Of a stretch of DNA of 11,307 bases, positions 1 through 7,395 are shown piece after piece. Both the position numbers and the translations under genes were made by a program. The notes beneath the pieces are model-generated. The model was not told the origin of the DNA. It saw only the letters and a program-made list of their open reading frames with translations, and ran no database searches. How positions within the stretch are numbered: position 1 is the first letter of the stretch; each line of letters begins with the position of its first letter. The DNA is from Thermodesulfovibrionales bacterium (lineage in GTDB: Bacteria; Nitrospirota; Thermodesulfovibrionia; Thermodesulfovibrionales; UBA9159): contig JBKBUB010000022.1 of NCBI GenBank assembly GCA_046290925.1, forward strand, positions 1-11,307. Direction: 5' to 3'.

Positions 1-45
1 AGAACCACTCATGTTTATTGAATGTTGCTATAGGTATCGCAGATA

Positions 46-107
46 AAAGTTTTTTCACCATGCCAGCCCAAATATCAGGCTATTTTTTGCAACGTTTGGG
101 TAATATC
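46..107 (+). repeat. Truncated or solo-tail copy A of the same repeat family, abutting the guaA stop codon
   Basis: 71-107 AATATCAGGCTATTTTTTGCAACGTTTGGGTAATATC is near-identical to the tail at 1768-1803. It is preceded by a single TTCACC unit (54-59) and by ATGCCAGCC (60-68), the reverse complement of GGCTGGCAT from within the head (1707-1715). No full head is present in 1-45. The element ends 1 nt before the guaA TGA (109-111). Confidence 0.7.
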
Positions 108-108
108 T

Positions 109-1644
109 TCATTCCCATTCAATCGTTCCGGGTGGCTTTGAAGTTATGTCAAAAACGACCCTATTAATACCCCTTACCTCATTTATTATTCTGTTAGATA
201 TCCTCTCCATTACATCGTATGGTATCCTTGCCCAGTCTGCTGTCATACCATCAACGCTTGTAACCGCCCTTACTGCCACAACATGCTCATATGTCCTTTC
301 ATCACCCATAACGCCAACGCTCTTTACCGGAAGGAGGACAGCAAAGGCCTGCCATAGTTCTCTGTAGAGACCTGACCTCTTTATCTCCTCCAGGACTATC
401 GCATCAGCCCTCCTTAACAATTCGATCCTCTCCTGGGTCACCGAACCGAGACATCTTATCGCAAGACCTGGGCCTGGGAAGGGATGTCTGTATATTATCT
501 CCTCAGGCATACCAAGCTCCAATCCAAGCAGCCTAACCTCATCCTTAAATAATTCCCTTAATGGCTCTATCAATTTGAGTCTCATCCTCTTCAGCAACCC
601 TCCCACATTGTGATGGCTCTTGATCGTTGCTGAGGGGCCCTTAAAGGATGTGCTCTCGATCACATCAGGATAGAGGGTTCCCTGTGCAAGGAAGGCAACG
701 TCCTTTATCTTTTTAGCCTCCTCCTCAAAGACCCTTATAAATTCATTCCCTATAATCTTTCTTTTTCTCTCGGGGTCCGTCACACCTTTGAGCCTCTTAA
801 GAAACCTCTCAGAGGCATCCACACACCTTATCTTCATGTGAAAGTTTTTTCTCAGTGTCTCCTCAACCTTTTTAGCCTCCCCTGCTCTGAGCAACCCATT
901 ATCAACAAAGATACAAGTAAGGGCATCACCTATGGCCTCATGGACAAGAACAGCTGTAACGGATGAGTCAACCCCTCCGCTTATCCCGCAAACTACCCTT
1001 TTGTTACCAACCCTATCCCTTATATCGGCCTTAGCGACCCCGATAAAGGACTTCATGGTCCACTCGGGTTTGCACCGACATATCTCGAATATAAAATTTT
1101 TGAGTATCTCGTTCCCGAATTGCGTGTGGATAACCTCTGGATGAAACTGAAGGGCATAGAACATCCTCAACCTGTCAGCCATGGCAGCAATCGGCGAATT
1201 GTCTGTATGGGCTATGCTGACAAAACCTGAAGGTGCCCTTTCAATCCTATCACCATGACTCATCCAGACGATGCTCCTCTTGGGGATCCCCTTAAAGAGA
1301 TCGGCAGTGTCATCAATCATAACCTCTGCCCTTCCGTATTCCCTTCTCAAGGCCCTCCCTACCCTGCCACCCTTAAGCATATGGGCCATTAATTGCATGC
1401 CATAACAGATCCCCAGTACAGGGACGCCAATGTCAAAGATGGCACTGTCAGGCAGAGGTGCATTCTTATCATAGACACTGGACGGTCCACCAGAAAGGAT
1501 TATTCCTTTTGGATTAAACTCCCTTATCCTCTCGATAGAAACATTGTAAGGTAATATCTCTGAATAGACATGATTCTCTCTTATTCTTCTTGCAATAAGT
1601 TGCGTATACTGAGAACCAAAGTCTAATACCAATATTTTATCCAT
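109..1644 (-). CDS. guaA: GMP synthase (glutamine-hydrolysing): N-terminal class-I glutamine amidotransferase domain plus C-terminal ATP pyrophosphatase and dimerisation domain
   Basis: 511 aa ORF. The GATase region has [19 protein letters not shown] and the GICYGMQLM catalytic-Cys motif. The PP-loop is [13 protein letters not shown]. The conserved C-terminus is [11 protein letters not shown] stop at 109-111, and an AGGA Shine-Dalgarno sits upstream of the ATG at 1644-1642. Confidence 0.95.
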   Translation of the reverse strand: MDKILVLDFGSQYTQLIARRIRENHVYSEILPYNVSIERIREFNPKGIILSGGPSSVYDKNAPLPDSAIFDIGVPVLGICYGMQLMAHMLKGGRVGRALRREYGRAEVMIDDTADLFKGIPKRSIVWMSHGDRIERAPSGFVSIAHTDNSPIAAMADRLRMFYALQFHPEVIHTQFGNEILKNFIFEICRCKPEWTMKSFIGVAKADIRDRVGNKRVVCGISGGVDSSVTAVLVHEAIGDALTCIFVDNGLLRAGEAKKVEETLRKNFHMKIRCVDASERFLKRLKGVTDPERKRKIIGNEFIRVFEEEAKKIKDVAFLAQGTLYPDVIESTSFKGPSATIKSHHNVGGLLKRMRLKLIEPLRELFKDEVRLLGLELGMPEEIIYRHPFPGPGLAIRCLGSVTQERIELLRRADAIVLEEIKRSGLYRELWQAFAVLLPVKSVGVMGDERTYEHVVAVRAVTSVDGMTADWARIPYDVMERISNRIINEVRGINRVVFDITSKPPGTIEWE

Positions 1645-1681
1645 GTTTATCCTGTTTAATTCTATCTGCTATAGGATATAA

Positions 1682-1805
1682 TACCTACCAATTGCATAAA
1701 TTTGGAGGCTGGCATGCCTCTTCGCCAATTTTCCACTTCACCGATTCACCTCTTCACCAATTCACCTAATATCAGGCTAATTTTTGCAACGTTTGGGTAA
1801 TACTC
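1682..1805 (+). repeat. Intergenic repeat element, full copy B: a 38-bp head, an array of six 8-bp units with core TTCACC, and a 39-bp tail. Head and tail are imperfect inverted repeats of each other.
   Basis: Head 1682-1720: TACCTACCAATTGCATAAATTTGGAGGCTGGCATGCCTC. Units 1719-1766: tcttcGcc, aattTtcc, acTTCACC, gaTTCACC, tcTTCACC, aaTTCACC. Tail 1767-1805: TAATATCAGGCTAATTTTTGCAACGTTTGGGTAATACTC. The RC of the tail (..TACCCAAACGTTGCAAAAATTAGCC..) aligns with the head (TACCTACCAATTGCATAAATTTGGAGGC..). The same head and tail recur at 11134-11307 inverted, and the tail recurs at 71-107. Confidence 0.8.
1719..1766. repeat. Tandem 8-bp repeat array (NNTTCACC, four perfect-core plus two degenerate units) inside copy B
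   Basis: tcttcgcc aattttcc acttcacc gattcacc tcttcacc aattcacc, read directly. Confidence 0.8.
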
Positions 1806-1850
1806 TTAATGATTTATTAACCGTTGCTCCCATCGCATAGATAAAGCCAA

Positions 1851-1870
1851 AGTGAATGAGCTGGTTCACT
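1851..1870. promoter_or_regulatory. Perfect 6-bp inverted repeat AGTGAA-N8-TTCACT overlapping the guaB stop codon; possible hairpin or protein-binding dyad
   Basis: 1851-1856 AGTGAA, loop TGAGCTGG, 1865-1870 TTCACT. The guaB TGA is RC 1866-1868. The half-site core GTGAA/TTCAC is the same core as the octamer units of the nearby repeat. No U-run follows on the guaB strand, so it is not a canonical intrinsic terminator. Confidence 0.3.
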
Positions 1871-3326
1871 GTTCTATCCTGTAATTAGGTGCTTCCTTTG
1901 TGATTATTACATCATGGACATGACTCTCCCTCAGACCAGCATTCGTGATTCTTATAAACCTTGCCTTTTCTCTCAATTCCTTAAGGTTTCGACAGCCACA
2001 ATATCCCATACCCGATCGTAGGCCACCTATCAACTGAATCACACTCTGAGATAAAGGCCCCTTATATGGTACCCTTCCCTCAACACCCTCAGGCACGAGC
2101 TTGCTCACCTCAACACCTTCCTGCATATACCTGTCCCTTGCACCCTGTTCCATTACACTCAAAGAACCCATGCCACGATAAACTTTATAACTCCTCCCCT
2201 GATAAAGGACGATCTCTCCTGGGGATTCAGCGGTACCGGCAAAGAGGCTTCCTATCATAACAGAACTGGCACCTGCCGCAAGGGCCTTGGTTATATCTCC
2301 TGAATATTTGATACCCCCATCAGCGATTAGGGGAACCTTAAATTTTTTAGTCACCCTGTAACATTCCATAATCGCTGTAATCTGAGGAACTCCGGCACCT
2401 GCCACGATTCTCGTTGTGCATATCGAACCAGGACCAATTCCTACCTTTATTGCATCTGCACCTGCCTTAATAAGGTCTGCTGCCCCCTCAGCAGTGGCAA
2501 CGTTGCCAGCTATAATATCTACAGAAATCTTTTTCCTGAGTCTCTTCAATGTATCTATAACAGCCTTTGTATGCCCGTGGGCTGTATCTATAACGATTAC
2601 ATCAACACCAGATTTAACAAGCAATTCAGCTCTATAAAGGGCATCTTCTCCAACACCAACAGCAGCCCCCACTCTTAAGCGCCCGAGAGAATCCTTGCAG
2701 GCATTGGGATACTTCCTCCTTTTCTCTATATCCTTAATCGTTATAAGACCCTTGAGTCTGAAGTCCTTATCAACAATGGGCAATTTCTCTATCTTATATT
2801 TGTGTAATAATTCCTTTGCCTTATCGAGGTCAGTCCCCTCAGGTGCGGTTATAAGCCTCTCCTTTGTCATTACATCCGATACCTTTTTAGTGAAATTGGT
2901 CTCAAATCTTAGGTCTCTGTTAGTTAAAATACCAACAAGTTTACCATGAACAGTGACAGGAACTCCTGATATCTTGTATCGCTCCATAAGTTCCATTGCC
3001 TCCGAGATAGGCGCCTCAGGAGAGACCGTTATCGGGTCGATTATCATACCACTTTCTGACTTCTTAACCTTATCTACCTCAATAGCCTGTTTATCTGCCG
3101 TCATTGCCCTGTGGATAATCCCGATGCCGCCTTCCCTCGCTATTGCAATAGCCATTTGGGCCTCCGTTACAGTATCCATGGCAGAACTTGAAAGGGGTAT
3201 GTTGATCTTAATAGAGCGGCTGAAGAGAGTGCTCACATCGACTTCCCGGGGCAGCACATTTGATTTGGCAGGTAAAAGCAAAACATCATCAAAGGTAAGT
3301 CCTTCTACTATCCTCTTTTCTGGCAT
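1866..3326 (-). CDS. guaB: IMP dehydrogenase (inosine-5'-monophosphate dehydrogenase) with a CBS pair inserted in the TIM barrel
   Basis: 486 aa. The N-terminus is [15 protein letters not shown]-pair region is present (ISGVPV...). The catalytic-loop region reads [11 protein letters not shown] and the C-terminus has [16 protein letters not shown] Shine-Dalgarno lies 5 nt upstream of the ATG (RC of 3324-3326). Confidence 0.95.
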   Translation of the reverse strand: MPEKRIVEGLTFDDVLLLPAKSNVLPREVDVSTLFSRSIKINIPLSSSAMDTVTEAQMAIAIAREGGIGIIHRAMTADKQAIEVDKVKKSESGMIIDPITVSPEAPISEAMELMERYKISGVPVTVHGKLVGILTNRDLRFETNFTKKVSDVMTKERLITAPEGTDLDKAKELLHKYKIEKLPIVDKDFRLKGLITIKDIEKRRKYPNACKDSLGRLRVGAAVGVGEDALYRAELLVKSGVDVIVIDTAHGHTKAVIDTLKRLRKKISVDIIAGNVATAEGAADLIKAGADAIKVGIGPGSICTTRIVAGAGVPQITAIMECYRVTKKFKVPLIADGGIKYSGDITKALAAGASSVMIGSLFAGTAESPGEIVLYQGRSYKVYRGMGSLSVMEQGARDRYMQEGVEVSKLVPEGVEGRVPYKGPLSQSVIQLIGGLRSGMGYCGCRNLKELREKARFIRITNAGLRESHVHDVIITKEAPNYRIEQ

Positions 3327-3352
3327 CTCTCCCTCTCTTTAAAAATTTTTAA

Positions 3353-3382
3353 ATTTTAACATTTTACAAAACCTTATGGCAA
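3353..3382 (-). promoter_or_regulatory. Candidate sigma70-type promoter for guaB
   Basis: On the minus strand: TTGCCA (RC of 3377-3382), an 18-nt spacer, TAAAAT (RC of 3353-3358), then ~20 nt to the GAGG Shine-Dalgarno and the ATG at 3326. It sits in an 85-bp AT-rich divergent intergenic region that contains the palindromic tract TTTAAAAATTTTTAAATTTTAA (3339-3360). Confidence 0.3.
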
Positions 3383-3411
3383 TGAAAGGGGATTATTTTG
3401 TATCATAAAAC

Positions 3412-4203
3412 ATGACAGGGATAATTGATTTTCACACCCATGCCTTCCCTGATGGGATCGCTGAAAGGGCGATCAGCACCCTCGAGAAAGAAGGTAAAAT
3501 TAAGGCAAGGCTTGATGGAAGGATATCTTCCCTGCTTGCTTCAATGGATAACTATGGCATAAAAAAAAGCATAGTCTGCTCTATTGCCACAAAGCCATCT
3601 CAGTTCGAAGCTATCTTATCATGGTCAAAAAGCATAAGATCAGAAAGGATAGTTCCCTTTCCCTCCTTCCATCCTGAAGATAGTAATTTTAAGGAAAGGA
3701 TTTCTGCAATTAGAGAAGAGGGGTTTTTAGGGATTAAGTTTCATCCCTATTATCAGGACTTTGACATAGACGAGGAAAGGCTTTTCCCTGTTTATGAGGA
3801 GATTATCAAAAAAAATCTTATCGTTGTTATGCATACAGGCTTTGACTTTGCCTTTCCGAGGATAAGAAAGGCCGATCCCTTTAAGATAATGAAGATAAAA
3901 GGTCTATTCCCGGAACTCAGGCTTGTTACAACCCATCTCGGTTCCTGGGATGACTGGGATGAAGTAGAGAAATACCTGATAGGGAAAGACATATATATGG
4001 AGGTATCCTTCTCCATGGAACTCCTGAATAAGGAGCGGGTGAGGGAGATGATATTGAGACATCCCTCAACACATATACTTTTTGGCACCGATTCACCCTG
4101 GACGGATCAGGGCAAGACGCTTTCTATGTTAAAGGGACTGGGCCTCAATAAAGAAAGGGAGAAGATGATCCTCAGCGAAAATGCAATGAGACTTTTACAA
4201 TGA
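3412..4203 (+). CDS. Amidohydrolase_2-family TIM-barrel metal-dependent hydrolase, substrate unknown
   Basis: 263 aa. N-terminal IDFHTHAFPDG is an HxH metal-binding motif. Further matches are GIKFHPYY, VVMHTGFDF, TTHLGSW and a C-terminal FGTDSPW aspartate motif. It is not TatD-like: there is no HCHL or ETDAPY. No Shine-Dalgarno is visible. The TGA stop overlaps the rarA ATG. Confidence 0.6.
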   Translation: MTGIIDFHTHAFPDGIAERAISTLEKEGKIKARLDGRISSLLASMDNYGIKKSIVCSIATKPSQFEAILSWSKSIRSERIVPFPSFHPEDSNFKERISAIREEGFLGIKFHPYYQDFDIDEERLFPVYEEIIKKNLIVVMHTGFDFAFPRIRKADPFKIMKIKGLFPELRLVTTHLGSWDDWDEVEKYLIGKDIYMEVSFSMELLNKERVREMILRHPSTHILFGTDSPWTDQGKTLSMLKGLGLNKEREKMILSENAMRLLQ

Positions 4204-5429
4204 ATCTTTTACAGGATAAGGATTATGAACCCCTGGCCTTCAGGATGTCTCCTCGGAGCCTCGATGAATATGTTGGCCAAGAGCATATCCTCGGTAAGGG
4301 AAAACTTCTTAGAAGGGCGATTGAGGCGGATCGAATAACCTCCCTTATTCTCTATGGACCACCTGGGACTGGTAAAACAGCCCTTGCAAGGGTAATTGCT
4401 GAAAAGACAAAGGCACATTTTGAATGGCTCAATGCAGCCACAGCAGGCCTTGAGGACCTCAGGAAGATAATAAAAGAGGCTAAGGCAAGGAAAATAAAGG
4501 GTCTCAAAACTATACTCTTCCTTGACGAGATACATCGATTCAATAAGCTTCAACAGGATGCCCTTCTTCCTGATGTGGAGGAGGGCAATATCATCCTTAT
4601 TGCAGCAACAGTAGAAAATCCCTTTTTCTATGTAAATTCAGCACTCCTGTCGAGAAGCCAGGTCTTCGAGTTAAAGCCTTTGAAGGAGAGCGATATAATC
4701 GCAATCCTCAAAAATGCATTGAAAGACAGGGAAAGGGGTCTTGGTTCAATGAATATAAGGATCCATGACGATGCCATTAATCATATTGCAAGAATGTCTG
4801 AGGGAGATGCAAGAAGGGCCCTTACAGCCCTTGAGGTTGCAGCCTTGACAACAGAACCAGGAAAAGACGGCCTCATCGAGATAGACCTGAAAACCGCTGA
4901 GGAATCAATCCAGAAAAAGGCGATAGTCTACGACAAGAAAGGTGACCAGCACTATGATACAATCTCTGCCTTTATAAAGAGTATGAGGGGCTCTGACCCT
5001 GATGCAGCCATTTATTATCTTGCGAAGATGCTTTACGCAGGGGAGGATCCGAGATTCATTGCAAGAAGAATAGTCATTTGTGCTTCAGAAGATGTCGGAG
5101 ATGCTGATCCAATGGCTCTCGTCATAGCCACGTCAGCACTGAGGGCAGTGGAGTTTGTTGGGATGCCAGAGGCTCGGATACCCCTTGCCCAGGCCACTAT
5201 CTATGTTGCAAAGGCTCCAAAGAGCAATGCCTGTTATCGTGCCATTGAGGCTGCTTTAAAAGATATAGAGACCGAGCAGGTTCAGGAGGTTCCCAATCAC
5301 CTGAAGGATGCCCATTATCCTGGGGCAAAGAAACTCGGTCACGGTAAGGGCTATAAATATCCTCATGATTATGGCGGTTACGTGGAACAGGATTATATGA
5401 TAAAAAAGAAGAGATATTACAATCCCTAA
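4200..5429 (+). CDS. rarA: Replication-associated recombination protein A (RarA/MgsA), AAA+ ATPase
   Basis: 409 aa. Walker A is ILYGPPGTGKTALARVIA and Walker B is ILFLDEIHRFNK. The N-terminus has PLAFRMSP...LDEYVGQEHILG as in E. coli RarA. A MgsA C-terminal helical domain is present. The ATGA overlap with the upstream ORF indicates translational coupling. Confidence 0.9.
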   Translation: MNLLQDKDYEPLAFRMSPRSLDEYVGQEHILGKGKLLRRAIEADRITSLILYGPPGTGKTALARVIAEKTKAHFEWLNAATAGLEDLRKIIKEAKARKIKGLKTILFLDEIHRFNKLQQDALLPDVEEGNIILIAATVENPFFYVNSALLSRSQVFELKPLKESDIIAILKNALKDRERGLGSMNIRIHDDAINHIARMSEGDARRALTALEVAALTTEPGKDGLIEIDLKTAEESIQKKAIVYDKKGDQHYDTISAFIKSMRGSDPDAAIYYLAKMLYAGEDPRFIARRIVICASEDVGDADPMALVIATSALRAVEFVGMPEARIPLAQATIYVAKAPKSNACYRAIEAALKDIETEQVQEVPNHLKDAHYPGAKKLGHGKGYKYPHDYGGYVEQDYMIKKKRYYNP

Positions 5430-6280
5430 TCCTTTTCTTTCTCAAAACTCCTTACATCTATAAATGGAACAGCCCCTGCCGTTACCTTCGGGAGATGACC
5501 ATCCCATTTTTTTATCGCCTCCATACTCGCCTCTATCTGTCTCAAGCGAACAAGCTGAGGCGTGACATTTTCTTTCTGTAGTCTTAATGCTTCTGCCTCC
5601 GCCTTTGCCTGGGTAATCTTTTGTTCAGCCTCTATCTTGATCCTTTCAAGGTCTCTCTGGGCCTTAAGGGCAAGCTGTTCCGCTGTTTGCTTCGCCTCAA
5701 TGGCCTGGGTGAATTGCTGGGAAAACTTGAAGTTCACTATCGAGAAGTCATCCACTATTATGTTATATGCCCTCATTCTCTGGCTTAGCAACTCCTTTAT
5801 CTCTGACCTTACCCTTTCTCTCTGGGTAATTAATTCAACGGCAGTGTACCTCGCCGTGACTGCTTTAACAACCTCTTGAACAGCAGGGTCTATTATCCTC
5901 TCCTTATATTGAAGACCTATGTTTTGATATACCCAATTCGCCTTGTCAGGCAGTATATGATAGTTCACGGCTATTGTGGAGTGTGTATCCTGAAGATCCT
6001 TTGAGGCAGCCTCTGCATCTGTCTGAGATTTATGTACCTTCACATCTATCTTTATAATCCTCTGCATTATTGGAACTCTAAAATGAAGACCTTCATCGAG
6101 AACCTTTTCCTGAACAGCCCCAAAATTCAAGACAACGCCTCTTTCACCTGCACCTATAATAACAAAAGGGTTCAAGAACAATAAGACTATAGCTCCTATA
6201 AATATAAAAAATATTATCCTTGTAATCCTGAATCCCTTTGCCCCCTTTTCCTTTATAATGTCAATCACCTTTGGTTCCAT
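5426..6280 (-). CDS. SPFH / band-7 / prohibitin-family membrane protein (HflC/K-like): N-terminal TM helix followed by a long coiled coil
   Basis: 284 aa. One hydrophobic helix, IIFFIFIGAIVLLFL, is followed by the SPFH core GERGVVLNFGAVQEKVLDEGLHFRVPIMQRIIKIDV. An Ala/Glu/Gln-rich coiled coil follows (AEQLALKAQRDLERIKIEAEQKITQAKAEAEALRLQ). GGAGG sits 6 nt upstream of the ATG. Confidence 0.85.
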   Translation of the reverse strand: MEPKVIDIIKEKGAKGFRITRIIFFIFIGAIVLLFLNPFVIIGAGERGVVLNFGAVQEKVLDEGLHFRVPIMQRIIKIDVKVHKSQTDAEAASKDLQDTHSTIAVNYHILPDKANWVYQNIGLQYKERIIDPAVQEVVKAVTARYTAVELITQRERVRSEIKELLSQRMRAYNIIVDDFSIVNFKFSQQFTQAIEAKQTAEQLALKAQRDLERIKIEAEQKITQAKAEAEALRLQKENVTPQLVRLRQIEASMEAIKKWDGHLPKVTAGAVPFIDVRSFEKEKD

Positions 6281-6317
6281 AGTGCCTCCAAACTTTTTAA
6301 AATCCTTGACTTAACTT

Positions 6318-6815
6318 TTACTCTACTATATCCTCTATTATCTTAAACTTCTCTTGAAGGGCCCTTTCGACGACCTCTGGGACAAGACCCTTAACAGAGC
6401 CTCCAAAGGATGATACCTCCTTAACGAGACTCGACGTAAGAAAAGAATATTCCTCTGAGGGCATCATGAAGACTGTCTCAATCATGGAATTAAGCCTTCT
6501 GTTCATGAGGGCTATCTGGAGTTCATATTCAAAGTCTGATACTGCTCTCAGTCCCCTTATGATAGCGACTGCCTTCTTAGATTCAACATAATCAACTAAT
6601 AGACCATTGAAGGCCTCTACCTTCACATTCTCAATATCCGTGATTGACTCCCTTATTAACCTCAATCTCTCATCAAGTGTAAAAAGGGGCTGCTTCTTAG
6701 GATTAGGCGCAACAGCTATTATGACCTCATCGAAGATCCTTACCCCTCTTTTCACGAGGTCAAGATGGCCATTTGTTATGGGATCAAAGGTGCCTGGATA
6801 TATAGCTATTCTCAT
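6318..6815 (-). CDS. coaD: Phosphopantetheine adenylyltransferase
   Basis: [24 protein letters not shown] carries the T/HxGH nucleotidyltransferase motif. At ~165 aa it matches CoaD length. The ORF track starts at 6821 (MNMRIA...). I prefer the second Met at 6815, by analogy with CoaD N-termini (M[11 protein letters not shown]). Either start overlaps the 3' end of rsmD. Confidence 0.88.
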   Translation of the reverse strand: MRIAIYPGTFDPITNGHLDLVKRGVRIFDEVIIAVAPNPKKQPLFTLDERLRLIRESITDIENVKVEAFNGLLVDYVESKKAVAIIRGLRAVSDFEYELQIALMNRRLNSMIETVFMMPSEEYSFLTSSLVKEVSSFGGSVKGLVPEVVERALQEKFKIIEDIVE

Positions 6816-7395
6816 ATTCATCCCCCAGCCTGTAAAGGGTCAAGGATGTATCACCGTAGCGATAGGATTTTACCATTCTTAATCCTTCTATCACCTCAGG
6901 TAATGTCCTTTTCGAAAAATGTTCTGCTATTAAAATACCATCAGGTTTAAGGAGTCTATTTTTCCCTATAAAGGGAAGGACCTTCATCAACTCTTTAGAC
7001 TGATAAGGCGGATCGAGGAATATGATATCAAAGGAAACTCCCTTCCTTGCCTCTTTTTCAAGAAAATCATAGGCCTTTGATCTTCTAATCCTCGCCCTAT
7101 CCTTAAAACCAAACTCATCGATTAATTGCTCTATAATCTTTATCCTCAAAGGATTCGTCTCCACAAAGACCGTGCAACCTGCTCCTCTGCTTAATGCCTC
7201 TATGCCCACACCACCACTGCCAGCATAAAGATCAACAAAGGTAGAACCAATTATCCTGTCTCTGAGTATATCAAAAATTGCCTCCCTTACCTTTGAAGAG
7301 GTTGGTCTCAATCTATCTTCGCCCCTCGATGAGGTCTTTTTATAATCTATCTTCCTTCCCTTCGCAGTCCCTCCTGATATCCTTATGCCTGTCAT
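6784..7395 (-). CDS. rsmD: 16S rRNA (guanine966-N2)-methyltransferase RsmD
   Basis: 203 aa. The N-terminal IRISGG..KGRKI....[16 protein letters not shown] is the RsmD signature. The SAM-binding motif I is [19 protein letters not shown] and the N-methyltransferase motif is FLDPPY. The classic rsmD-coaD gene pair is present. Confidence 0.85.
   Translation of the reverse strand: MTGIRISGGTAKGRKIDYKKTSSRGEDRLRPTSSKVREAIFDILRDRIIGSTFVDLYAGSGGVGIEALSRGAGCTVFVETNPLRIKIIEQLIDEFGFKDRARIRRSKAYDFLEKEARKGVSFDIIFLDPPYQSKELMKVLPFIGKNRLLKPDGILIAEHFSKRTLPEVIEGLRMVKSYRYGDTSLTLYRLGDEYENSYISRHL

Noticed and set aside
72-95. Sigma54-like -24/-12 element (GG-N-GC in CAGGCTAATTTTTGCA) in the conserved tail of the repeat
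   Set aside because: The GG-to-GC spacing is one nucleotide shorter than the TGGCAC-N5-TTGC consensus, and the flanking bases do not match. Not supportable.
1704-1800. GGAGG-N5-ATG followed by a 28-codon ORF (MPLRQFSTSPIHLFTNSPNIRLIFATFG) running through the octamer array of repeat copy B
   Set aside because: In copy C the ATG is replaced by GTG and the frame stops after 6 codons. Because the unit length is 8 nt, not a multiple of 3, no periodic peptide is encoded. The GGAGG is most likely coincidental TIR sequence.
3327-3411. Purine riboswitch or PurR-box upstream of guaB and of guaA
   Set aside because: The 85-bp guaB leader region is too short and too AT-rich for the ~70-nt three-way-junction purine aptamer, and no conserved aptamer motifs are visible. 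No recognisable PurR box is present either.
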